Of a stretch of DNA of 64,000 nt, positions 51,801-64,000 are shown piece after piece (the stretch's first letter is position 1; each line of letters begins with the position of its first letter). The notes beneath the pieces were generated by a model. It saw only the letters and a list, made by a program, of their open reading frames with translations. It did not search any database and was not told the DNA's origin. The DNA comes from Balanoglossus misakiensis. Lineage: Eukaryota; Animalia; Hemichordata. The position numbers and the translations under genes are program-made. The stretch spans positions 1,114,218 through 1,178,217 of the forward strand of contig CM082585.2 of assembly GCA_040954595.2 (NCBI GenBank). The letters are read 5' to 3'.

Positions 51801-54800
51801 TTGTCATTTTTTGATGATTTTCACCCATGATTTTTTTTCAAAAATCGACGAAATTTTGAGATTTTGCAAAGTCGAAAATATGTCATTTTTGATGATTTTC
51901 ACCCATGATTTTTTTCAAAAATTGACGAAATGTTGAGATTTTGCAAAGTCGAAAATTTTGTCATTTTTGATGATTTTCACCCGTTTTTTTTCAAAATTTG
52001 TCATTTTTTCATGATTTTCACCCATGATTTTTTTCAAAAATCGACGAAATTTTGTGATTTTGCAAAGTCGAAAATTTTGTCATTTTTTGATGATTTTCAA
52101 CCATGATTTTTTTTCAAAATCGACGAAATTTTGTGATTTTACAAAGTCGAAAATTTTGTCATTTTTTGATGATTTTCAACCATGATTTTTTTTTCAAAAT
52201 CGACGAAATTTGAGATTTTGCAAAGACGAAAATTTGTCATTTTGATGATTTTTACCCATGATTTTTTTCAAAAATGGACGAAATTTTGAGATTTGCAAAG
52301 ACGAAAATTTGTCATTTTTTGATGATTTTCACCCATGATTTTTTTTCAAAATCGACGAAATTTTGAGATTTTGCAAAGTCGTAAATGTGTCATTTTTTGA
52401 TGATTTTCACCAGTTTTTTTTTCAAAATTTGTCATTTTTTGATGATTTTCCCCCATGATTTTTTTTCAAAAATCGACGAAAAATTTGAGATTTTGCAAAG
52501 ACGAAAATTTGTCATTTTTGATGATTTTTACCCATGATTTTTTTTAAAAAATGGACGAAATTTTGAGATTTTGCAAAGACGAAAATTTGTCATTTTTTTG
52601 ATGATTTTCACCCATGATTTTTTTTCAAAAAACGACGAAATTTTGAGATTTTGCAAAGAGGAAAATTTGTCATTTTTTCATGATTTTCACCCATGATTTT
52701 TTTCAAAAATCGACGAAATTTTGAGATTTTGCAAAGACGAAAATTTGTCATTTTTGATGATTTTTACCCATGATTTTTTTTCAAAAATGGACGAAATTTT
52801 GAGATTTTGCAAAGACGAAAATTTGTCATTTTTTGATGATTTTCACCAATGATTTTTTTTCAAAAAACGACGAAATTTTGAGATTTTGCAGAGGAAAATG
52901 TGTCATTTTTTGATGATTTTCACCCGTTTTTTTTTTCAAAATTTGTCATTTTTTTGATGATTTCTCCCATGATTTTTTTTCAAAAATCGACGAAATTTTG
53001 AGATTTTGCAAAATCGAAAATTTGTCATTTTTTGATGATTTTCCCCCAATGGTTTTTTTCAAAATCGACGAAATTTTGAGATTTTGCAAAGTCGAAAATT
53101 TGTCATTTTTTGATGATTTTCCCCCATGATTTTTTTCAAAAATGGACGAAATTTTGAGATTTTGCAAAGACGAAAATTTGTCATTTTTTGATGATTTTCA
53201 CCCATGATTTTTTTTCAAAAATCGACGAAATTTTGAGATTTTGCAAAGTCGAAAATGTGTCATTTTTTGATGATTTCACCCGTTTTTTTTTCAAAATTTG
53301 TCATTTTTTGATGATTTTCAGCCATGATTTTTTTTCAAAAATCGACGAAATTTTGAGATTTTGCAAAGTCGAAAATGTGTTCATTTTTTGATGATTTTCA
53401 CCCATGATTTTTTCAAAAATCGACGAAATTTTGAGATTTTGCGAAGACGAAAATTTGTCATTTTTTGATGATTTTCACCCATGATTTTTTTCAAAAATCG
53501 ACGAAATTTTGAGATTTTGCAAAGTCGAAAATTGTCATTTTTGATTATTTTCACCCATGATTTTTCAAAAATTGACGAAATGTTGAGATTTTGCAAAGTC
53601 GAAAATTTTGTCATTTTTTGATGATTTTCAACCATGATTTTTTTCAAAAATCGACTAAATGTTGAGATTTTGCAAAGTCGAAAATGTGTCATTTTTTGAT
53701 GATTTTCACCCGTTTTTTTTTCAAAATTTGTCATTTTTTGATGATTTTCTCCCATGATTTTTTTCAAAAATTGACGAAATTTTGAGATTTTGCAAAGTCG
53801 AAAATTTGTCATTTTTTGATGATTTTCCCCCAATGGTTTTTTTCAAAATCGACGAAATTTTGAGATTTTGCAAAGTCGAAAATTTGTCATTTTTGATGAT
53901 TTTCCCCCATGATTTTTTTTCAAAAATGGACGAAATTTTGAGATTTTGCAAAGACGAAAATTTGTCATTTTTTGATGATTTTCACCCATGATTTTTTTCA
54001 AAAATCGACGAAATTTTGAGATTTTGCAAAGTCGAAAATGTGTCATTTTTTGATGATTTTCACCCGTTTTTTTTCAAAATTTGTCATTTTTTGATGATTT
54101 TCAGCCATGATTTTTTTTCAAAAATCGACGAAATTTTGAGATTTGCAAAGTCGAAAATGTGTCATTTTTTGATGATTTTCACCCATGATTTTTTCAAAAA
54201 TCGACGAAATTTTGAGATTTTGCGAAGACGAAAATTTGTCATTTTTTTGATGATTTTCACCCATGATTTTTTTCAAAAATCGACGAAATTTTGAGATTTT
54301 GCAAAGTCGAAAATTTGTCATTTTTTGATTATTTTCACCCATGATTTTTCAAAAATTGACGAAATGTTGAGATTTTGCAAAGTCGAAAATTTTGTCATTT
54401 TTTGATGATTTTCAACCATGATTTTTTTCAAAAATCGACTAAATGTTGAGATTTTGCAAAGTCGAAAATGTGTCATTTTTTGATGATTTTCACCCGTTTT
54501 TTTTTCAAAATTTGTCATTTTTTGATGATTTTCTCCCATGATTTTTTTCAAAAATTGACGAAATTTTGAGATTTTGCAAAGTCGAAAATTTGTCATTTTT
54601 TGATGATTTTCACCCATGATTTTTTTCAAAAATCGACGAAATTTTGAGATTTTGCAAAGTCGAAAAATTTGTCATTTTTGATGATTTTCCCCCATGTTTT
54701 TTTTTTTAAATGGACGAAATTTTGAGATTTTGCAAAGACGAAAATTTGTTATTTTTTGATGATTTTCACCCATGATTTTTTCAAAAATTGACGAAATTTT

Positions 54801-57800
54801 GAGATTTTGCAAAGTCGAAAATTTGTCATTTTTTGATGATTTTCACACATGATTTTTTTCAAAAATCGACGAAATTGTGAGATTTTGCAAAGACGAAAAT
54901 TTGTCATTTTTTGATGATTTTTACCCATGATTTTTTTTCAAAAAACGACGAAATTTTGAGATTTTGCAAAGAGGAAAATTTGTCATTTTTTCATGATTTT
55001 CCACCCATGATTTTTTCAAAAATCGACGAAATTTGAGATTTTGCAAAGAGGAAAATTTGTCATTTTTTCATGATTTTCCCCCATGATTTTTTTCAAAAAT
55101 CGACGAAATTTGAGATTTTGCAAAGACGAAAATTTGTCATTTTGATGATTTTTACCCATGATTTTTTTCAAAAATGGACCAAATTTTGAGATTTTGCAAA
55201 GACGAAAATTTGTCATTTTTTGATGATTTTCACCAATGATTTTTTTTCAAAAAACGACGAATTTTGAGATTTTGCAGAGGAAAATGTGTCATTTTTGATG
55301 ATTTTCAGCCATGATTTTTTTTCAAAATCGACGAAATTTTGAGATTTTGCAAAGTCGTAAATGTGTCATTTTTGATGATTTTCACCAGTTTTTTTTTTCA
55401 AAATTTGTCATTTTTTGATGATTTTCCCCCATGATTTTTTTCAAAATCGACGAAATTTTGTGATTTTGCAAAGTCGAAAATTTTGTCATTTTTTGATGAT
55501 TTTCAACCCTGATTTTTTTCAAAAATCGAACGAAATTTTGAGATTTTGCAAAATCGAAAATTTGTCATTTTTTGATGATTTTCCCCCAATGGTTTTTTCA
55601 AAAAACGACGAAATTTTGAGATTTTGCAAAGAGGAAAATTTGTCATTTTTTCATGATTTTCACCCATGATTTTTTTCAAAAATCGACGAAATTTGAGATT
55701 TTGCAAAGACGAAAATTTGTCATTTTTGATGATTTTTACCCATGATTTTTTTTCAAAAAACGACGAAATTTTGAGATTTTGCAGAGGAAAATGTGTCATT
55801 TTTTGATGATTTTCACCCGTTTTTTTTTTCAAAATTTGTCATTTTTTGATGATTTTCTCCCATGATTTTTTTCAAAAATCGACGAAATTTTGAGATTTTG
55901 CAAAATCGAAAATTTGTCATTTTTGATGATTTTCCCCCAATGGTTTTTTCAAAATCGACGAAATTTGAGATTTTGCAAAGTCGAAATTTGTCATTTTTTG
56001 ATGATTTTCCCCCATGATTTTTTTTCAAAAATGGACGAAATTTTGAGATTTTGCAAAGACGAAAATTTGTCATTTTTTGATGATTTTCACCCATGATTTT
56101 TTTCAAAAATCGACGAAATTTTGAGATTTTGCAAAGTCGAAATGTGTCATTTTTTGATGATTTTCACCCGTTTTTTTTCAAAATTTGTCATTTTTTGATG
56201 ATTTTCAGCCATGATTTTTTTTCAAAAATCGACGAAATTTTGAGATTTTGCAAAAGTCGAAAATGTGTCATTTTTTGATGATTTTCACCCATGATTTTTT
56301 TCAAAAATCGACGAAATTTTGAGATTTTGCGAAGACGAAAATTTGTCATTTTTTGATGATTTTCACCCATGATTTTTTTCAAAAATCGACGAATTTTGAG
56401 ATTTTGCAAAGTCGAAAATTTGTCATTTTTGATTATTTTCACCCATGATTTTTTCAAAAATTGACGAAATGTTGAGATTTTGCAAAGTCGAAATTTTGTC
56501 ATTTTTTGATGATTTTCAACCATGATTTTTTTCAAAAATCGACTAAATGTTGAGATTTTGCAAAGTCGAAAATGTGTCATTTTTTGATGATTTTCACCCG
56601 TTTTTTTTTCAAAATTTGTCATTTTTTGATGATTTTCTCCCATGATTTTTTTCAAAAATTGACGAAATTTTGAGATTTTGCAAAGTCGAAAATTTGTCAT
56701 TTTTTGATGATTTTCACCCATGATTTTTTTCAAAAATCGACGAAATTTTGAGATTTTGCAAAGGTCGAAAATTTGTCATTTTTTGATGATTTTCCCCCAT
56801 GTTTTTTTTTTTAAATGGACGAAATTTTGAGATTTTGCAAAGACGAAAATTTGTTATTTTTTGATGATTTTCACCCATGATTTTTTCAAAAATTGACGAA
56901 ATTTTGAGATTTTGCAAAGTCGAAAATTTGTCATTTTTTGATGATTTTCACACATGATTTTTTTCAAAAATCGACGAAATTGTGAGATTTTGCAAAGACG
57001 AAAATTTGTCATTTTTTGATGATTTTTACCCATGATTTTTTTTTCAAAAAACGACGAAATTTTGAGATTTTGCAAAGAGGAAAATTTGTCATTTTTCATG
57101 ATTTTCACCCATGATTTTTTCAAAAATCGACGAAATTTTGAGATTTTGCAAAGAGGAAAATTTGTCATTTTTTCATGATTTTCCCCCATGATTTTTTTCA
57201 AAAATCGACGAAAATTTGAGATTTGCAAAGACGAAAATTTGTCATTTTTGATGATTTTTACCCATGATTTTTTTTCAAAAATGGACCAAATTTTGAGATT
57301 TTGCAAAGACGAAAATTTGTCATTTTTTGATGATTTTCACCAATGATTTTTTTTCAAAAAACGACGAATTTTGAGATTTTGCAGAGGAAAATGTGTCATT
57401 TTTTGATGATTTCAGCCGTTTTTTTTTCAAATTTGTCATTTTTTGATGATTTTCTCCCATGATTTTTTTCAAAAATTGACGAAATTTTGAGATTATGCAA
57501 AGTCGAAAATTTGTCATTTTTTGATGATTTTCACCCATGATTTTTTTCAAAAATCGACGAAATTTTGAGATTTTGCAAAGTCGAAAATTTGTCATTTTTT
57601 GATGATTTTCCCCCATGTTTTTTTTCAAAAATCGACGAAATTTTGAGATTTTGCAAAGTCGAAAATTTGTCATTTTTTGAGGATTTTCACCCATGTTTTT
57701 TTTTAAAAAATCGACGAACCTATGATTTTTTTCAAAATCGACGAAATTTTGTTGATTTTCACCGATGATTTTTTTCAAAAATCGACGAAATTTTGAGATT

Positions 57801-60800
57801 TGCGAAGTCGAAAATTTGTCATTTTTTGATGATTTTCGCCCATGATTTTTTTCAAAAATCGACGAAATGTTGAGATTTTGCAAAGTCGAAAATTTGTCAT
57901 TTTTTGATGATTTTCACCCATGATTTTTTTCAAAAATCGACGAAATGTTGAGATTTTGCAAAGTCGAAAATTTTGTCATTTTTTGATGATTTTCAACCAT
58001 GATTTTTTTTCAAAAATCGACGAAAATTTGAGATTTTGCAAAGATGAAAATTTGTCATTTTTGATGATTTTTACCCATAATTTTTTTTCAAAATCGACGA
58101 AATTTTGTGATTTTGCAAAGTCGAAAATTTTGTCATTTTTTGATGATTTTCAACCATGATTTTTTTTCAAAAATCGACGAAATTTTGAGATTTTGCAAAG
58201 TCGAAAATTTTGTTATTTTTTGATGATTTTCAACCATGATTTTTTTTCAAAAATCGACGAAAATTTGAGATTTTGCAAAGTCGAAAATGTGTCATTTTTT
58301 GATGATTTTCACCCGTTTTTTTTTCAAAATTTGTCATTTTTTCATGATTTTCACCCATGATTTTTTTCAAAAATCGACGAAATTTTGAGATTTTGCAAAG
58401 TCGAAAATGTGTCATTTTTTGATGATTTTCACCCATGTTTTTTTTTTAAAAATCGACGAACCTATGATTTTTTTCAAAATCGACGAAATTTTGTGATTTT
58501 GCAAAGTCGAAAATTTTGTCATTTTTTGATGATTTTCAACCCTGATTTTTTTTCAAAATCGACGAAATTTTGAGATTTTGCAAAATCGAAAATTTGTCAT
58601 TTTTTGATGATTTTCCCCCAATGGTTTTTTTCAAATCGACGAAATTTTGAGATTTTGCAAAGTCGAAAATTTGTCATTTTTTGATGATTTTCACCCGTTT
58701 TTTTCAAAATTTGTCATTTTTTGATGATTTTCACCCATGATTTTTTTTCAAAAATCGACGAAATTTTGAGATTTTGCAAAGTCGAAAATGTGTCATTTTT
58801 TGATGATTTTCACCCATGATTTTTTCAAAAATCGACGAAATTTTGAGATTTTGCAAACTCGAAAATGTGTCATTTTTGATGATTTTCACCCATGTTTTTT
58901 TTTAAAAAATCGACGAACCTATGATTTTTTTCAAAATCGACGAAATTTTGTGATTTTGCAAAGTCGAAAATTTTGTCATTTTTTGATGATTTTCAACCCT
59001 GATTTTTTTTCAAAAATCGACGAAATTTTGAGATTTTGCAAAATCGAAAATTTGTCATTTTTTGATGATTTTCCCCCAATGGTTTTTTTCAAAATCGACG
59101 AAATTTTGAGATTTTGCAAAGTCGAAAATTTGTCATTTTTTGATGATTTTCCCCCATGATTTTTTTTCAAAAATGGACGAAATTTTGAGATTTTGCAAAG
59201 ACGAAAATTTGTCATTTTTTGATGATTTTCACCCATGATTTTTTTTCAAAAATCGACGAAATTTGAGATTTTGCAAAGTCGAAAATGTGTCATTTTTTGA
59301 TGATTTTCACCCGTTTTTTTTCAAAATTTGTCATTTTTTGATGATTTTCAACCATGATTTTTTTTCAAAAATCGACGAAATTTTGAGATTTTGCAAAGTA
59401 GAAAATGTGTCATTTTTTGATGATTTTCACCGATGATTTTTTTCAAAAATCGACGAAATTTTGAGATTTTGCGAAGTCGAAAATTTGTCATTTTTTGATG
59501 ATTTTCGCCCATGATTTTTTTCAAAAATCGACGAAATGTTGAGATTTTGCAAAGTCGAAAATTTGTCATTTTTTGATGATTTTCACCCATGATTTTTTTC
59601 AAAAATCGACGAAATGTTGAGATTTTGCAAAGTCGAAAATTTTGTCATTTGTTGATGATTTTCAACCATGATTTTTTTTCAAAAATCGACGAAATTTTGA
59701 GATTTTGCAAAGTCGAAAATTTGTCATTTTTCGATGATTTTCACCCATGATTTTTTTCAAAAATCGACGAAATTTTTGAGATTTTGCAAAGTCGAAAATG
59801 TGTCATTTTTCGATGATTTTCACCCATGATTTTTTTCAAAAATCGACGAAATTTTGAGATTTTGCAAAGACGAAAATTTGTCATTTTTTGATGATTTTCA
59901 CCCATGATTTTTTTTCAAAAATCGACGAAATTTTGAGATTTTGCAAAGTCGAAAATGTGTCATTTTTTGATGATTTTCACCCGTTTTTTTTCAAAATTTG
60001 TCATTTTTTGATGATTTTCACCCATGATTTTTTTTCAAAAATCGACGAAATTTTGAGATTTTGCAAAGTAGAAAATGTGTCATTTTTTTGATGATTTTCA
60101 CCGATGATTTTTTTCAAAATCGACGAAATTTTGAGATTTTGCGAAGTCGAAAATTTGTCATTTTTTGATGATTTTCGCCCATGATTTTTTTCAAAAATCG
60201 ACGAATGTTGAGATTTTGCAAAGTCGAAATTTGTCATTTTTTGATGATTTTCACCCATGATTTTTTTCAAAAATCGACGAAATGTTGAGATTTTGCAAAG
60301 TCGAAAATTTTGTCATTTGTTGATGATTTTCAACCATGATTTTTTTTCAAAAATCGACGAAATTTTGAGATTTTGCAAAGTCGAAAATTTGTCATTTTTC
60401 GATGATTTTCACCCATGATTTTTTCAAAAATCGACGAAATTTGAGATTTTGCAAAGTCGAAAATGTGTCATTTTTCCGATGATTTTCACCCATGATTTTT
60501 TTTCAAAAATCGACGAAATTTTGAGATTTTGCAAAGTCGAAAATGTGTCATTTTTTGATGATTTTCACCCAAGTTTTTTTTTTTAAAAATCGACGAACCT
60601 ATGATTTTTTTCAAAATCGACGAAATTTTGTGATTTTGCAAAGTCGAAAATTTTGTCATTTTTTGATGATTTTCAACCCTGATTTTTTTTCAAAAATCGA
60701 CGAAATTTTGAGATTTTGCAAAAATCGAAAATTTGTCATTTTTTGATGATTTTCCCCCAATGGTTTTTTTCAAAATCGACGAAATTTTGAGATTTTGCAA

Positions 60801-63800
60801 AGTCGAAAATTTTGTCATTTTTTGATGATTTTCAACCATGATTTTTTTTCAAAAATCGACGAAAATTTGAGATTTTGCAAAGTCGAAAATGTGTCATTTT
60901 TTGATGATTTTCACCCGTTTTTTTTTCAAAATTTGTCATTTTTTCATGATTTTCACCCATGATTTTTTTCAAAAATCGACGAAATTTTGAGATTTTGCAA
61001 AGTCGAAAATTTGTCATTTTTCGATGATTTCACCCATGATTTTTTTCACAAATCGACGAAATTTTGAGATTTTGCAAAGTCGAAAATGTGTCATTTTTTG
61101 ATGATTTTCACCCTGTTTTTTTTTTAAAAATCGACGAACCTATGATTTTTTCAAAATCGACGAAATTTTGTGATTTTGCAAAGTCGAAAATTTTGTCATT
61201 TTTTGATGATTTTCAACCCTGATTTTTTTTCAAAAATCGACGAAATTTTGAGATTTTGCAAAATCGAAAATTTGTCATTCTTTGATGATTTTCCCCCAAT
61301 GGTTTTTTTCAAAATCGACGAAATTTTGAGATTTTGCAAAGTCGAAAATGTGTCATTTTTTGATGATTTTCACCCATTGTTTTTTTTTTAAAAATCGACG
61401 AACCTATGATTTTTTCAAATCGACGAAATTTTGTGATTTTGCAAAGTCGAAAATTTTGTCATTTTTTGATGATTTCAACCCTGATTTTTTTTTCAAAAAT
61501 CGAACGAAATTTTGAGATTTTGCAAAATCGAAAATTTGTCATTTTTGATGATTTTCCCCAATGGTTTTTTTCAAAATCGACGAAATTTTGAGATTTTGCA
61601 AAGTCGAAAATTTGTCATTTTTTGATGATTTTCACCCGTTTTTTTTCAAAATTTGTCATTTTTGATGATTTCACCCATGATTTTTTTCAAAATCGACGAA
61701 ATTTGAGATTTTGCAAAGTCGAAAATGTGTCATTTTTTGATGATTTTCACCCATGATTTTTTTCAAAAATCGACGAAAATTTTGAGATTTTGCAAAGTCG
61801 AAAATGTGTCATTTTTTGATGATTTTCACCCATGTTTTTTTTTTTAAAAATCGACGAACCTATGATTTTTTTCAAATCGACGAAATTTTGTGATTTTGCA
61901 AAGTCGAAAATTTTGTCATTTTTTGATGATTTTCAACCCTGATTTTTTTTCAAAAATCGACGAAATTTTGAGATTTTGCAAAATCGAAAATTTGTCATTT
62001 TTTGATGATTTTCCCCAATGGTTTTTTTCAAAATCGACGAAATTTTGAGATTTTGCAAAGTCGAAAATTTTGTCATTTTTTGATGATTTTCCCCCATGAT
62101 TTTTTTTTCAAAAATGGACGAAATTTTGAGATTTTGCAAAGACGAAAATTTGTCATTTTTTGATGATTTTCACCCATGATTTTTTTTCAAAAATCGACGA
62201 AATTTGAGATTTTGCAAAGTCGAAAATGTGTCATTTTTTGATGATTTTCACCCGTTTTTTTTCAAAATTTGTCATTTTTTGATGATTTTCACCCATGATT
62301 TTTTTTTCAAAAATCGACGAAATTTTGAGATTTTGCAAAGTAGAAAATGTGTCATTTTTTGATGATTTTCACCGATGATTTTTTTCAAAAATCGACGAAA
62401 TTTTGAGATTTTGCGAAGTCGAAAATTTGTCATTTTTGATGATTTTCGCCCATGATTTTTTTCAAAAATCGACGAAATGTTGAGATTTTGCAAAAGTCGA
62501 AAATTTGTCATTTTTTGATGATTTTCACCCATGATTTTTTTCAAAAATCGACGAAATGTTGAGATTTTGCAAAAGTCGAAAATTTTGTCATTTGTTGATG
62601 ATTTTCAACCATGATTTTTTTTCAAAAATCGACGAAAATTTGAGATTTTGCAAAGATGAAAATTTGTCATTTTTGATGATTTTTACCCATAATTTTTTTT
62701 CAGAAATGGACGAAATTTTGAGATTTTGCAAAGTCGAAAATGTGTCATTTTTTGATGATTTTCACCCGTTTTTTTTTTCAAAAGTTGTCATTTTTTCATG
62801 ATTTTCACCCATGATTTTTTTCAAAAATCGACGAAATTTTGTGATTTTGCAAAATCGAAAATTTGTCATTTTTTGATGATTTTCAACCATGATTATTTTT
62901 CAAAAACCGACGAAATTTTGAGATTTTGCAAACATGAAAATTTGTCATTTTTTGATGATTTTCGCCCATGATTTTTTTCAAAAATCGACGAAATGTTGAG
63001 ATTTTGCAAAGTCGAAAATTTGTCATTTTTTGATGATTTTCACCCATGATTTTTTTCAAAAATCGACGAAATGTTGAGATTTTGCAAAGTCGAAAATTTT
63101 GTCATTTTTTTGATGATTTTCAACCATGATTTTTTTTCAAAAATCGACGAAAATTTGAGATTTTGCAAAGATGAAAATTTGTCATTTTTGATGATTTTTA
63201 CCCATAATTTTTTTTCAAAATCGACGAAATTTTGTGATTTTGCAAAGTCGAAAATTTTGTCATTTTTTGATGATTTTCAACCATGATTTTTTTTCAAAAA
63301 TCGACGAAATTTTGAGATTTTGCAAAGTCGAAAATTTTGTTATTTTTTGATGATTTTCAACCATGATTTTTTTTCAAAAATCGACGAAAATTTGAGATTT
63401 TGCAAAGTCGAAAATGTGTCATTTTTTGATGATTTTCACCCGTTTTTTTTTCAAAATTTGTCATTTTTTCATGATTTTCACCCATGATTTTTTTCAAAAT
63501 CGACGAAATTTTGAGATTTTGCAAAGTCGAAAATTTGTCATTTTTCGATGATTTTCACCCATGATTTTTTTCAAAAATCGACGAAATTTTGAGATTTTTG
63601 CAAAGTCGAAAATTTGTCATTTTTCGATGATTTTCACCCATGATTTTTTTCAAAAATCGACGAAATTTTGAGATTTGCAAAATCGAAAATTTGTCATTTT
63701 TTGATGATTTTCCCCAATGGTTTTTTTCAAAATCGACGAAATTTTGAGATTTTGCAAAGTCGAAAAATTTTGTCATTTTTGATGATTTTCAACCATGATT

Positions 63801-64000
63801 TTTTTTCAAAAATCGACGAAAATTTGAGATTTTGCAAAGTCGAAAATGTGTCATTTTTTGATGATTTTCACCCGTTTTTTTTTCAAAATTTGTCATTTTT
63901 CATGATTTTCACCCATGATTTTTTCAAAAATCGACGAAATTTTGAGGATTTTGCAAAGTCGAAAATTTGTCATTTTTCGATGATTTTCACCCCATGATTT
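36877..64000. repeat. AT-rich ~78-bp tandem satellite (75-78 bp monomers plus 42-bp and ~24-bp deletion variants), more than 27 kb
   Basis: Monomer CATGATTTTTTTCAAAAATCGACGAAATTTTGAGATTTTGCAAAGTCGAAAATTTGTCATTTTTTGATGATTTTCACC is continuous to the end of the window. Confidence 0.98.

Noticed and set aside
36877-64000. Many K/F/N-rich ORFs (MGENHQKMTNFRLCKISKFRRFLKKI)n
   Set aside because: These are translations of the 78-bp satellite, constantly frameshifted by homopolymer length changes.
40300-64000. Frequent single-base indels in A/T runs within the right array
   Set aside because: Cannot be separated from long-read homopolymer consensus error without the reads, so not interpreted biologically.

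Overview
Eukaryotic (animal) genomic DNA. The repeat families and gene content suggest a marine invertebrate, possibly a deuterostome (inference only). A ~26-kb island lies between two unrelated satellite arrays: a 90-bp satellite with higher-order structure (1-10533) and an AT-rich ~78-bp satellite (36877-64000). The island holds the 5' part of a minus-strand, multi-exon gene resembling Drosophila uninflatable (uif): C-type lectin, 3 CUB, 4 sushi/CCP and 2 Ca-binding EGF modules in 16 exons traced by hand (30832 to 11389). The gene has several lesions: a TGA in CUB2, an AG>CG acceptor, a frameshift plus MITE truncation in CCP1, a GT>TT donor, and no LDLa exon found. All fall in modules that could be skipped in frame, so it is either a pseudogene or a gene shedding domains. 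Introns are packed with non-autonomous DNA transposons (TTAA Kolobok-like, TA Tc1/mariner-like, Helentron-associated, Crypton-like hairpin elements, Zator-like). At the right edge a Helentron-associated element is interrupted by a 5'-truncated LINE, which is itself interrupted by a TTAA MITE, and then runs into the 78-bp satellite. Most long ORFs in the track are satellite artefacts. Family assignments come from recognition of motifs and termini; no database search was run.
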